64,000 nt of DNA from a virus (taxonomy: Duplodnaviria; Caudoviricetes), in IMG/VR virus record IMGVR_UViG_3300014159_000001, positions 6,199 to 70,198 of that record. One strand, given 5' to 3'. The position numbers and the translations under genes were made by a program. The number at the start of each line of letters is the position of its first letter. The stretch's first letter is position 1. Below, in pieces: positions 28,281 to 37,097 of this stretch. Below the pieces are notes generated by a model. That model was not told the origin of the DNA, searched no databases, and worked only from the letters and a program-made list of their open reading frames with translations.

Positions 28281-28919
28281 ATGAGTGCTTCTTACGGGGA
28301 GCGGTTCGCGGAGTACGTCGCCGACTACCTCAGTGAGAACGACCTCACGAACACGGACGGACGGCCCTCGCTCGGGAAGATCGACGGGAGGACGCTCGCC
28401 GCGCTCGCGGACAAGTTCGACGCGCTCGACCGCCGGCGGGACAAGGCGGAGCGGAGCAAGCGGCTGAGCCAATCCGAGCTCGAGGTCCTCTTCGACGCGC
28501 TCGCCCGCGGGACCGGCTGCGACCCGAAGGCGATGACCGAGGCCGAGCTCCGGCGCTGCGCCGTCGCCCGCGCGGCGATCGTCCGGGCGACCCCGGACGT
28601 GACGGCCGCGGAGATCGAGGCCGCCTGCAAGAAATACGCCGCCGTGTTCAACGGCGCGGTGATCACGCCGACGGCGATCTCGAACAACTGGTCGAAGCTC
28701 GTCGAGCCCGGGCGCGGCGCGAAGAAGGCGGCCGGCCCGAGCAACTGGGCCGCGCAACCGAAGTTTGACTGGCACCGGGTCGTCGGCCTCCTCTGGCCGC
28801 GCGAGCGTTACCCGGACCGCGGCCCGTGGGAGGAGGACTCGTGGGATCTCGTCCCGAGCCAGATCAAGCAGAGGATCCACGCGGAGGGCGAGGCCGTCCT
28901 CGAGAAGGTTTTACGGTAG
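28281..28919 (+). CDS. Hypothetical protein, possibly replication-initiator-related
   Basis: 'TPTAISNNWSKL' resembles C-terminal motifs of phage replication proteins. Weak assignment. Confidence 0.45.
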   Translation: MSASYGERFAEYVADYLSENDLTNTDGRPSLGKIDGRTLAALADKFDALDRRRDKAERSKRLSQSELEVLFDALARGTGCDPKAMTEAELRRCAVARAAIVRATPDVTAAEIEAACKKYAAVFNGAVITPTAISNNWSKLVEPGRGAKKAAGPSNWAAQPKFDWHRVVGLLWPRERYPDRGPWEEDSWDLVPSQIKQRIHAEGEAVLEKVLR

Positions 28920-28949
28920 CAAATCAACGCATCAACGAAGGAGAAACAC

Positions 28950-29321
28950 ATGAGCATTGCACTTGGAACAGTTGTAGCAATAGAGGCGAACGGTGCCGTC
29001 GAGTTCGGCGTCGTTTGGAGACGCAAGGAGCGGTTGAAGGGGGGAGAAGAGATCGTCACGCTCGACGTGTTGATCAGACCTGTGCCGTCGATCGCGGCCG
29101 ACTCAGCCGCTCATACGAGGGAGATCGAGCGCAACGAGGACGAGGTCCACGAGCTCTCCTCGTGGGAGTCGAGCTCCTTCACCAAGTGGGCGAAGGACCA
29201 CGCCGGGTTCGAATGGGCGGAGGCCGAAAGTCAACGCCTCAAGGCGCGGCCGAAGCCGCCCGAAGCACCCGCCGCCGAGGCCCCGATCCCCGGAAAGCCG
29301 AAGGAGGACGTGCCATTTTAA
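28950..29321 (+). CDS. Hypothetical protein with acidic ...EDVPF tail
   Basis: GGAG RBS. The C-terminus resembles SSB-type interaction tails. Confidence 0.55.
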   Translation: MSIALGTVVAIEANGAVEFGVVWRRKERLKGGEEIVTLDVLIRPVPSIAADSAAHTREIERNEDEVHELSSWESSSFTKWAKDHAGFEWAEAESQRLKARPKPPEAPAAEAPIPGKPKEDVPF

Positions 29322-29360
29322 CGCCGGACGAGCCGGCACAACCAACGAAGGAGAACGCAA

Positions 29361-29936
29361 ATGCCAAAAACCAAAGAACAGCCAACCGAGGAGACCGTCA
29401 TCCTCTCCGTCCGCAACCGCCGGAAGAGCAGCGTCCAGATCGTCTGGCGACAAGGGGCCGACGTGATCGACCGCGACTTCCACGACGCCCCGCTCCCCGC
29501 CTTCTACAAGTCCCTCGAGGCGCTCTCCCCACACGTCTGCTCCCTCTGCGAGTTCCCGTCGAAGGACGCCGAGAAGATCGTCCCGACCGGGATCACGCTC
29601 CGGGAGCACGGCGACAACACGCTCGGGTTCGTCGTCGCCCGGAAGGCGATCAAGAAGGGGGACCGCGTCTTCAACATCTCGACGCCTCTCCTCCCGATGT
29701 ACGTCGACGAGGAGAACAAGTCGGCGGACCACATGACCGAGGCCGAGGCCGCCGCGATCGAGAAGGTCGTCAAGGAGGCGAAGAGGTACATCGCCGGCGA
29801 GCGCGCGCAGGGGCTCATCAACTTCCCCGAGGGCGAGCCCGACGACGAGAAGCGGAAGAAGAAGGAGGCCGACGAGGGGACCGCGGCGATCCCCGGGATC
29901 GGCGACGACGGTCCGCCGGCCGGGGGATCGGCTTGA
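29361..29936 (+). CDS. Hypothetical protein
   Basis: AAGGAG RBS, 191 aa, phage codon usage. Confidence 0.65.
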   Translation: MPKTKEQPTEETVILSVRNRRKSSVQIVWRQGADVIDRDFHDAPLPAFYKSLEALSPHVCSLCEFPSKDAEKIVPTGITLREHGDNTLGFVVARKAIKKGDRVFNISTPLLPMYVDEENKSADHMTEAEAAAIEKVVKEAKRYIAGERAQGLINFPEGEPDDEKRKKKEADEGTAAIPGIGDDGPPAGGSA

Positions 29937-30001
29937 CGGCGAGCCGCAAAGCGCGGAAGAGTTCGGAGCGGCCGGCGCGGGCCGCCGCTCCCCTCACCGC
30001 C

Positions 30002-30619
30002 ATGGAACTCATTAACAAACCGCCGACGGCCGACGAGGTCGCCGACCTCTTCCGCGAGCTCGCGAGCCTCTACGTCGGGACGCCCGACCACTTGCAGGTC
30101 CGCGTGCAGGAGTCGGTCGACGGGTCGGCGTACTTCATGATGCGCGGCGCGCCCGAGGACGACTCGAGGCTCGTCGGCAACCGCGGGTGCCACGTCAACG
30201 CGCTCGCCTTCCTAATCGAAGCCGTCGGCCGGGCGCAGGACCGGATCTTCACCTTCCGGCTCCTGACGACGCCCGGGAGCTGCGCGCCGTGGTACCCGCC
30301 GAAGGACGCGCTCGACTACGACCCGCGGCCGGCGCGCGAGCTCCTCTGCCGGCTTCTCTCCGCGCTCGGCGTCCCGGACTTCTCCGTGACCGTGACCCCC
30401 GGGACCGGGCCCCGGCGGAGCCTCTTCTTCAACTTCGACGTCAAGATCGCCGACGTCGCGCGTGCCGAGGCGTTGACCGTCGGCGAGACCGCGGCCGGTT
30501 CGCTCTCGATCGTCGGCGCGCTCGGGACGCTCTTCCGCGCGATCGCGAAGCAGAACGGCATCCGGTTCCAGATCCGGCTTGCGGACCGCCCGGAGCCGAA
30601 GGAGGCGGCGCGTGCCTGA
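30002..30619 (+). CDS. KH-domain (KhpA-like) RNA-binding protein
   Basis: N-half 'LFRELASLYVGTPDHLQVRVQE...MRGAPEDDSRLVGNRGCHVNAL' follows the KhpA pattern. The C-half looks like a second degenerate copy. Confidence 0.6.
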   Translation: MELINKPPTADEVADLFRELASLYVGTPDHLQVRVQESVDGSAYFMMRGAPEDDSRLVGNRGCHVNALAFLIEAVGRAQDRIFTFRLLTTPGSCAPWYPPKDALDYDPRPARELLCRLLSALGVPDFSVTVTPGTGPRRSLFFNFDVKIADVARAEALTVGETAAGSLSIVGALGTLFRAIAKQNGIRFQIRLADRPEPKEAARA

Positions 30620-30977
30620 GATCCTCGAGCGCCCCCGGACCGCGGCGGCCCCGTTCGACTGCCCGCTCCGCTACTGGGTCCCCTCCGCGCGGGACCCGAG
30701 GGAGAAATACCTCGTCGAGCTCGACTCCTACGGGGGCAACGGCGCGTGCGTCTGCAAGCACTTCGCGATGCGCTGCGAGCCGCTCCTCCGCCGGATGATC
30801 TCGCCGCGCGAGGCGGTCCGGACTGGCGCGATCAAGCTCAAGGTCAACCGGCACGTCGAGGACGCCTTGAGGTGCGAGCACATCATCACGGCGCGGTCGC
30901 AGTTCGTCGACGACGTCCTCGCCGCGATCGCGAAGCGCAACAACCACCAGACGCGGAGGGAGGACCGCGCGCCGTGA
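30612..30977 (+). CDS. SWIM-type zinc-finger protein
   Basis: 'YLVEL......ACVCKHF' followed by 'CEHI' (CxC...CxH). Confidence 0.6.
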   Translation: MPEILERPRTAAAPFDCPLRYWVPSARDPREKYLVELDSYGGNGACVCKHFAMRCEPLLRRMISPREAVRTGAIKLKVNRHVEDALRCEHIITARSQFVDDVLAAIAKRNNHQTRREDRAP

Positions 30978-31261
30978 TCCGCCGCCGCAAGCCGCTTCGG
31001 AGGAAGACGCCGATCCGCCGGATCTCGGCGAGACAGCTCATTCAGTATCGCCAGTATCTAAAGCAGCGCGCCGCCTTCCTCGCCGCGAACGTCTATTGCG
31101 AGTGCTTTCCGTGCAAGAACCGGAGCCGCGACGTCCACCACACGCGGGGCCGCGGCCGCTACCTCCTCGACGAATCGACGTGGATGGCGGTTTGCCGAGC
31201 GCATCACGACTGGATCCACGGGCACCCGCGCGAGGCCCGCGAGAAGGAGTGGCTCCGGTGA
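30974..31261 (+). CDS. Small HNH-like (NinG-type) nuclease
   Basis: 'CECFPC...DVHHTRGRG...AVCRAHHDWIH'. Confidence 0.65.
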   Translation: MIRRRKPLRRKTPIRRISARQLIQYRQYLKQRAAFLAANVYCECFPCKNRSRDVHHTRGRGRYLLDESTWMAVCRAHHDWIHGHPREAREKEWLR

Positions 31262-31656
31262 AACCGATCATCGGCTTCGGCGTCCGTCTCGACGGCCACT
31301 GGTGCGCCGCCGTCAAGACCGGCTTCTCGCGCCGGTTCGTCTTGATGCGCGCCCGCAAGGGCGAGGAGCGGTTCCTCTCCCGGATCAACTTCGTCTCCGA
31401 CGACCGCGGAGCATTAGCCTACGAGCTCCGCCTCAACGCGGAGCGGATCGCCCGCGGCGCCTGCGCCCGCGCGATTAAGCGGACCAAGTGGGCCCGCCGG
31501 AAGCTCGTCGACCCGCACTATGATATGCTCCGGGGCGTCGCCAACGTCGAGCGGGTCCTCCGGGGCGCGAATACCTCCCGGAGGGGCCGTCGGTGGAAGA
31601 TCTGCCCGATTTTTCGGGAGGAGCCGGCGCAAGTAGTTGATAATCCGGCCTCTTAA
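31258..31656 (+). CDS. Hypothetical basic protein
   Basis: GTGA-coupled ORF. Confidence 0.5.
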   Translation: MKPIIGFGVRLDGHWCAAVKTGFSRRFVLMRARKGEERFLSRINFVSDDRGALAYELRLNAERIARGACARAIKRTKWARRKLVDPHYDMLRGVANVERVLRGANTSRRGRRWKICPIFREEPAQVVDNPAS

Positions 31657-31699
31657 AGTTGATAAAAAGTTTGACTGCCGGGCCCGGACCGTTGATGAT
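31635..31699 (+). promoter_or_regulatory. Sigma70-like promoter with two upstream AGTTGATAA boxes
   Basis: TTGACT(31671)-17 bp-GATGAT(31694). AGTTGATAA at 31635 and 31657. Confidence 0.55.
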
Positions 31700-31737
31700 G
31701 CAGGCAATCCGGAAGGACCGGAAAAACTCCTCAACCG

Positions 31738-32058
31738 ATGAAGAACTCAACAACGAATCCGACCGCCGGCCTCGAGGCCCGCGTCGACGGACTTTGCAAA
31801 GCAGTCATGCAGCAGGTCGCCTCCGCGACCCGCGGTTTCTACGGGATCAAGCACGACGATGACCTGATCGACTTCGCGGTCAAGACGATGCGCTCCGAGA
31901 TCAAGGAGTTCGTCTTCGGGCCCGGCTACGAGAGCGCCCGCGATTGCGCGCTCCGCCGCTCCCTCTCGGACGAGTGGATCGTCACCTTGATTTCCTCGAA
32001 CGCGGTCAGCAAGATCCTCGCCGAGAACAACCGGCGGACGGCGGCCTCCTCACTCTAA
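31738..32058 (+). CDS. Hypothetical protein
   Basis: First ORF after the promoter, 106 aa. Confidence 0.65.
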   Translation: MKNSTTNPTAGLEARVDGLCKAVMQQVASATRGFYGIKHDDDLIDFAVKTMRSEIKEFVFGPGYESARDCALRRSLSDEWIVTLISSNAVSKILAENNRRTAASSL

Positions 32059-32087
32059 CCCCTCAACGTCGGAAACTCATCAACGCC

Positions 32088-32492
32088 ATCAAGGATCAAC
32101 AATCAGCATCACTCTTCGCCGGAGCCCGCCGCGAGCTAACGGAGAAGCAAGCGCGCCGGATCGACGCGCTCGTCCGCGGCTACGAGAACCGCAACGCCCA
32201 CAACGGCGTCACGGAGGTTTACATCGAGAACCTCCTCGTCAACGCGACCTTCGCGCACGTCGTCATCCGGACGCGCCGGACCGATTGCGAGCCGTACTCC
32301 CCCCGCGCGGTCGTTTGCGCGGAGGGCGGGTGCTTTTTCGTCGGGCAGAAGGGCGGGACTAAGATGGTCTCGACCTATCGGCTCGGCCAGTCCGCCCGCG
32401 ATCACTCCGACGCCGCGATGGCCCGCGAGCTCAAGTCGATCCTCTGGGACGCCCGGAACGAGCGCATAGTCGCGAAGGAGACGGTCTCGTGA
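32088..32492 (+). CDS. Hypothetical protein with an apparent ATC start (or ATG>ATC lesion)
   Basis: The leader ACTCATCAACGCC matches the one before the UvrD ATG but is followed by an in-frame ATC. Confidence 0.45.
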   Translation: MKDQQSASLFAGARRELTEKQARRIDALVRGYENRNAHNGVTEVYIENLLVNATFAHVVIRTRRTDCEPYSPRAVVCAEGGCFFVGQKGGTKMVSTYRLGQSARDHSDAAMARELKSILWDARNERIVAKETVS

Positions 32493-32704
32493 ACGCTGCA
32501 GCCAAGATCCGCGCCGCGATGCGCGCCAACGAGCGCGAGATCCTCAAGAGCGCCCGCCGGCGGCCCGTCGGCGAACTTTGGCAACCCGCGAGCCGCGCGT
32601 GGTGGAACGCCCTCAAGCGCCTCGAGGCCCGCGGCCTCCTTCGCTACGATAGCAGGGCCGGAGCTTATCTCTACGTTAGCCCTAGGGAGAGGAGGGCCCC
32701 GTGA
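32489..32704 (+). CDS. Small basic hypothetical protein
   Basis: GTGA overlaps at both ends. Confidence 0.55.
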   Translation: MNAAAKIRAAMRANEREILKSARRRPVGELWQPASRAWWNALKRLEARGLLRYDSRAGAYLYVSPRERRAP

Positions 32705-35289
32705 ACGCCGCCGCTTGCTCCGACCATCCCGCTTGCCTCGCCGAGGTTCTCGGTTCGCTCAAGTGGAGCGCCCCCCGCGAGGTCAACACGAAGCGCGGCC
32801 CGAAGACCGTCACCTCGGCCGAGATCCCGAACGAGGCCGCCTTCAACCGGCTCGGCGAGCTCCGTGACGAGCTCTACCGCGGCGGCTACTCGGTCTCCCA
32901 GTTCCGCGGCGTCTGGCAGGTCTCCCGGTGGTCCGACCCGGCCCCGGAGGTCGTCAAGGCGCGCGAGGAGGCCCGCGCGCTCTCCCGGGCGACGGACGCC
33001 GACGTCGACGTCCCGACCCCTCCCGGCCTCGCCTTCCTCGGCTACCAGAAGGCGGGGATCAAGTTCGCCCTCGACCGCCCGGCGGTCCTCTTCGGAGACG
33101 AGATGGGGCTCGGCAAGACGATGCAGGCGATCGGCGTCCTCAACGCCTCGCCCGCCGCGCGCCGCGTCCTCGTCATCTGCCCGGCCTCGCTCAAGCTCAA
33201 CTGGGCCCGCGAGCTTCGGAAGTGGTCCGTCGTCGAACTAGATATAACGGTTGTTTCGGCGCAGGAGCGTAGTCGCGCGAAGCGCCTCCTCCGCTCTCTT
33301 GCGCTTGACGATCAGGAACGGAAGGACGCAACGAAGGACGGCCTCGATGTCGCGAGCGCGGCCAACAGACCAGCCGAACTGATCGCGGTTGCCTCGAATC
33401 CCGAAGCGGGCGTTTCTCGCGAGCGTCGCGGCTCGGCGAAGGTGGGAGAGGCCGCCGAGCTTGCAAAGCCAAACCATCAAGGGCTCGCTCGTCGAGTAGA
33501 CGCAAACGCCCCATCGGCCTTTGCTCTTGATGAAGGAGATCGAGCCCTCCCCGTCGATGATTCCCGCCAGATAGGCGCGATCCGCAACGCGAACCGGGCG
33601 GACGAAGGGAACGGAGACTCGATTCCGACGGAGGCGCGCCCGAAGGTCACCCCGGCGCGCGAGGTTGTAGTAGAGGGTGTTCGGGTGGACGCCGAGCTCG
33701 GAGGCGAAAGACCGGACGCTCCGCTTGCGGGCGTTGACCAGAGCGATGATTCGATCGAGAACGGACTCGGGAAGACGGAAGGCGCGCGGCATATCGTAGT
33801 TGTTAACTACGACGTGTTACATCTTTTCCAAGAAGAGACAAGAGCGATCGCGTGGGACCTTCTAATATGCGACGAGGCTCACTACCTCAAGACCCCGAAG
33901 GCGCGCCGGACGCAGATGGTCTTCGGCCGGAAGGCGACGGCGAAGACGGCCGGCCTCCCGCCGATCGGCGCGAAGCGCCGGCTCCTGCTAACCGGGACCC
34001 CGATCGCGAACCGCCCGGTCGAGCTCTTCCCGTTGATCGAGTACCTCGACCCGGCGACGTGGGGGAACTTCTTCAAGTACGCCCGCCGCTATTGCGACGC
34101 GCACCAGATCTCCATCGGCCGCGGCCGGCTCGCGTGGGACTTCTCCGGGGCCTCGAACCTCGAGGAGCTTCAGGAGAGGCTCCGGACGACGATTCTCGTC
34201 CGCCGGCTCAAGCGCGACGTCTTGACCGAGCTCCCCCCGAAGCGCCGGCAGGTGATCGAGCTCCCCGCGGAGGGCGAGCTCGCCCGGTTCGCCGAGGCGG
34301 AGCGCGCCGCCTACGAGGACCGCGAGGCCGAGCTCGACCAGCTTCACGCCGCCGTCGAGCTCGCGAAGGCGTCGGAGGACCCGGACGAATACAAGCGCGC
34401 CGTCGAGAACCTCAACGACGGGATCGCCGCCTTCTTCGCCGAGATGTCGACCCTCCGCCGCGAGCTCGCCGAGGCGAAGATCCCGGCGATCGTCGAGCAC
34501 GTCCGCGAGGCGGTCGAGGAGGGCGGCAAGCTCGTCGTCTTCGCGCACCACCGCGCCGTTTGCAAGGCGATCGCCGCCGAGTTCGGCGACGCCGCGGTCG
34601 TCCTCGTCGGCGAGACGCCGACCGCCGACCGGCAGGCCGCGGTCGACCGCTTCCAGACGGACCCGGCTTGCAAGGTCTTCGTCGGCTCGATCATGGCGGC
34701 CGGCGTCGGGATCACGCTCACGGCCGCGTCGCACGTAGTCTTCGCCGAGCTCGACTGGGTCCCGGGGAACGTGACGCAGGCCGAGGACCGGCTCCACCGG
34801 ATCGGCCAGCGCGAGCACGTCCTCGTCCAGCACCTCGTTGTCGACGGCTCGCTCGATGCGACGATGGCGAAGCGGATCGTCGAGAAGCAGAACATCATCG
34901 ACCGGGCGCTCGACTCCGTCCGCGCCTCGATCGAGGGCGTCCCGATCTCGGCCCCGTCCCGCAAGGGCGGCGACGCCGCGACGGCGGACGTCACGGTCGA
35001 CGCGCTCGCGGCCGAGGCCGCGGCGATGACGGACGACCAGCGCGCCGCGGTCCTCGAGGCGCTCCGGTTCCTATCGGCCCGGGACTCGGATCACGCGCAG
35101 TTCGAGAACCAGATCGGCTTCAACGGCCGGGACACGATCATCGGCCACTCCCTGGCGGAGCGGAGCTCGTTGACCGCGAAGCAAGCGGCGCTCGGCCGGC
35201 GGATCGTCCGCAAGTACCGGCATACGCAGCTCCCGGAGGCGATCGTCGAGCGGATAGGGTTTCCCGAGAAGAAGGGAGGCGCGTCGTGA
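32701..35289 (+). CDS. SNF2-family (SF2) helicase with an insertion of roughly 165-185 aa in RecA domain 1
   Basis: 'YQKAGI', 'GDEMGLGKT', 'CPASLKLNW', 'VNYDVL', 'CDEAH', 'LTGTPIANRP', 'VFAHHR', 'GVGITL', 'QAEDRLHRIGQ'. Confidence 0.93.
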   Translation: MNAAACSDHPACLAEVLGSLKWSAPREVNTKRGPKTVTSAEIPNEAAFNRLGELRDELYRGGYSVSQFRGVWQVSRWSDPAPEVVKAREEARALSRATDADVDVPTPPGLAFLGYQKAGIKFALDRPAVLFGDEMGLGKTMQAIGVLNASPAARRVLVICPASLKLNWARELRKWSVVELDITVVSAQERSRAKRLLRSLALDDQERKDATKDGLDVASAANRPAELIAVASNPEAGVSRERRGSAKVGEAAELAKPNHQGLARRVDANAPSAFALDEGDRALPVDDSRQIGAIRNANRADEGNGDSIPTEARPKVTPAREVVVEGVRVDAELGGERPDAPLAGVDQSDDSIENGLGKTEGARHIVVVNYDVLHLFQEETRAIAWDLLICDEAHYLKTPKARRTQMVFGRKATAKTAGLPPIGAKRRLLLTGTPIANRPVELFPLIEYLDPATWGNFFKYARRYCDAHQISIGRGRLAWDFSGASNLEELQERLRTTILVRRLKRDVLTELPPKRRQVIELPAEGELARFAEAERAAYEDREAELDQLHAAVELAKASEDPDEYKRAVENLNDGIAAFFAEMSTLRRELAEAKIPAIVEHVREAVEEGGKLVVFAHHRAVCKAIAAEFGDAAVVLVGETPTADRQAAVDRFQTDPACKVFVGSIMAAGVGITLTAASHVVFAELDWVPGNVTQAEDRLHRIGQREHVLVQHLVVDGSLDATMAKRIVEKQNIIDRALDSVRASIEGVPISAPSRKGGDAATADVTVDALAAEAAAMTDDQRAAVLEALRFLSARDSDHAQFENQIGFNGRDTIIGHSLAERSSLTAKQAALGRRIVRKYRHTQLPEAIVERIGFPEKKGGAS
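33238..33792 (-). CDS. LAGLIDADG homing endonuclease with N-terminal HTH, nested antisense in the helicase gene
   Basis: 'RAYLAGIIDGEGSISF' motif, 'YSTSEPLMVWL', 'VLPFLIVKRKRAEEAL', and HTH 'VRSFASELGVHPNTLYYNL'. The span coincides with the non-homologous helicase insertion. Confidence 0.88.
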   Translation of the reverse strand: MPRAFRLPESVLDRIIALVNARKRSVRSFASELGVHPNTLYYNLARRGDLRARLRRNRVSVPFVRPVRVADRAYLAGIIDGEGSISFIKSKGRWGVCVYSTSEPLMVWLCKLGGLSHLRRAATLARNARFGIRGNRDQFGWSVGRARDIEAVLRCVLPFLIVKRKRAEEALRATTLLRRNNRYI

Positions 35290-35428
35290 GCTACGCCGCC
35301 CTCCGCCTTCGCGACCGCCGGATTGACCGGGCGGTCAAGCGCGCCTCGATCCCGAGGCGTCGCCGGGCCCTAACGAAGAAGGACATCCAGATCGCGCTCC
35401 TGAAAGCCGCCAAGAAGGGAGGCGCGTC

Positions 35429-35614
35429 GTGAAGATCCGCTACAAGTACCTCGTCGGCCGGTTCGTCAACCCGGAGACCGGCCGCCCCGTCAACGTCCAC
35501 TGCGGCCAGCGAAAGGACAACGGATTCGACGTCTACTTCTTCCTCTACCGGCGCAGGAAGATCATCGTCGGCGAGGAGTTTCGGAGCTGGAGGAAGATCG
35601 GAGGCGGCCCGTGA
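35429..35614 (+). CDS. Small hypothetical protein
   Basis: GGAGG RBS, GTGA-coupled. Confidence 0.55.
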   Translation: MKIRYKYLVGRFVNPETGRPVNVHCGQRKDNGFDVYFFLYRRRKIIVGEEFRSWRKIGGGP

Positions 35615-35811
35615 ACCACAAGATCTACGCCCGCAAGTTCGGGGGGGACGACGCCTTCTCGTGGGCCGTCTTCCTCGATGGGAAGCCGACCGTCTCGGGC
35701 TTGACCCGGGAGGACCTTCCGCACTACAAGAAGATCGTCGCCGACGAGGTGGCGAAGGTAGACTCGGAACATCAACGCCGGCTCGCGCCGGACAACGCAC
35801 CAACGACATGA
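35611..35811 (+). CDS. Small hypothetical protein
   Basis: GGAGG RBS, GTGA-coupled. Confidence 0.55.
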   Translation: MNHKIYARKFGGDDAFSWAVFLDGKPTVSGLTREDLPHYKKIVADEVAKVDSEHQRRLAPDNAPTT

Positions 35812-36419
35812 ATATCGAGACAAGAATGACTCAGAAGCGGGGATGCGGCTACCGGAAGCCCGGCGGCCTCTACCTCGTCTCCCCGGGGCTCGGAAGCCCC
35901 TGTTGCAAGCTCCCCTTCATCTTGACCGTCTGCCCGTGCTGCGGAGCCGGTATCAAGCCGACCCGCGGCTGGACTTGGATCGACGCGGACGCGCTCTTCG
36001 GCTCGAAGCCGTGCATGGCGGGCGACCCCGGGAGGAAGTTCTTCTGCCCGCTGGCCGCCCCGAAGATCGGCCGCGCCGGCCTCCTCTGGATCGGAGAGGC
36101 GTTTTACCCGACCCCGGACGACTTCTCGCGGGAGGCGGCCGCGCAGGGGATCTCGCGCCGGATCAAGGCGCTCCCCAAGGACTTCAAGGTCGGCGAGACG
36201 TGGGTCCTCCTCGCCCACCGCAAGGGCGTTCGGCGCGCCGTCGTCATCAAGGGCGAAGAGACCCACGACCGGGCGATCTTCCACGTCTTCAAGCCGACGG
36301 CGGTCGAGTACGTCGTCAAGGGAACCGAAACCGACGAGGCCCTCGAGAAGCTCGTCAAGCGCGGGATCACGCCGGTCCGGGACGAGGTCCCGCAAGGCGA
36401 GCTCGCCATAGCGCCATGA
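35808..36419 (+). CDS. Cys-rich hypothetical phage protein
   Basis: 'RGCGYRKPGGLYL...PCCKLP...CPCCG'. Confidence 0.65.
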   Translation: MNIETRMTQKRGCGYRKPGGLYLVSPGLGSPCCKLPFILTVCPCCGAGIKPTRGWTWIDADALFGSKPCMAGDPGRKFFCPLAAPKIGRAGLLWIGEAFYPTPDDFSREAAAQGISRRIKALPKDFKVGETWVLLAHRKGVRRAVVIKGEETHDRAIFHVFKPTAVEYVVKGTETDEALEKLVKRGITPVRDEVPQGELAIAP

Positions 36420-36679
36420 CCCGCGCCGCGCGCCCGATCCCCCTCGCCTCGGTCGGCATCCTCGCGATCCGCGCCGAGTTCGCCCCGGTCTTCGTCGACG
36501 TCGACGTCCTCGTCGACGAGATGATGGACGCCTACGAGGCCGGCCGCGCCGCCCGGCTCGCGAACTTCGCCCGCGACGACTACCCGATCGTCGACGACCC
36601 GGAGTTGACCCGCAACTGGCAGCGCGGCTGGGACGTCGTCGACTACGCCCTCAACCACCCCGAGGAGGACTCCCGATGA
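36416..36679 (+). CDS. Hypothetical acidic protein
   Basis: ATGA-coupled. Confidence 0.55.
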   Translation: MTRAARPIPLASVGILAIRAEFAPVFVDVDVLVDEMMDAYEAGRAARLANFARDDYPIVDDPELTRNWQRGWDVVDYALNHPEEDSR

Positions 36680-36855
36680 TCGTCGCCCTACTACTGATTT
36701 TTACCGCGGCCTGCCTCGTCTACGTCCTCGCTGCGCTCCTCGAGGGAGTGGCGGTCGCGCTTGGCGTACTCATTGCGCTCGCGGTTTTGCTCGCGCGGTG
36801 GCTCTTGCATCCCGAAGACCGCCTCCGCCGGCGGGCGATGGGAGGTGGGCCATGA
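36676..36855 (+). CDS. Small membrane protein
   Basis: MIVALLLIFTAACLVYVLAALLEGVAVALGVLIALAVLLARW. Confidence 0.55.
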   Translation: MIVALLLIFTAACLVYVLAALLEGVAVALGVLIALAVLLARWLLHPEDRLRRRAMGGGP

Positions 36856-37097
36856 GCGTCTCTTTCGGATGCCGATGCCCAGAAAGGGCGAAGCCAGTCG
36901 AGAAGCGCCGCTGGTTCGTCATTCAACGCAACCGCCGCTGCTCTGCATTCGACGGCTATCGGACGATGTCTTCGGACTATTCCTGCGTCGTCTGCGCGGT
37001 TTGCGGGGCCCTTGGCCGAACGAAGGCGGACTATGTAACCCGGCTCCCCGACGTCCCGGCCGATTACGCCACGCGTCGCTTGGAGGACCTCCGATGA
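36852..37097 (+). CDS. Small zinc-binding protein
   Basis: CxC...CxxC motifs. Confidence 0.55.
   Translation: MSVSFGCRCPERAKPVEKRRWFVIQRNRRCSAFDGYRTMSSDYSCVVCAVCGALGRTKADYVTRLPDVPADYATRRLEDLR

Noticed and set aside
33226-33800. Intein or group I intron in the SNF2 helicase
   Set aside because: The + strand insert lacks intein block A/B/G signatures and has no terminal His-Asn followed by Cys/Ser/Thr. The antisense ORF fills the whole insert, leaving no evident room for a ribozyme core.
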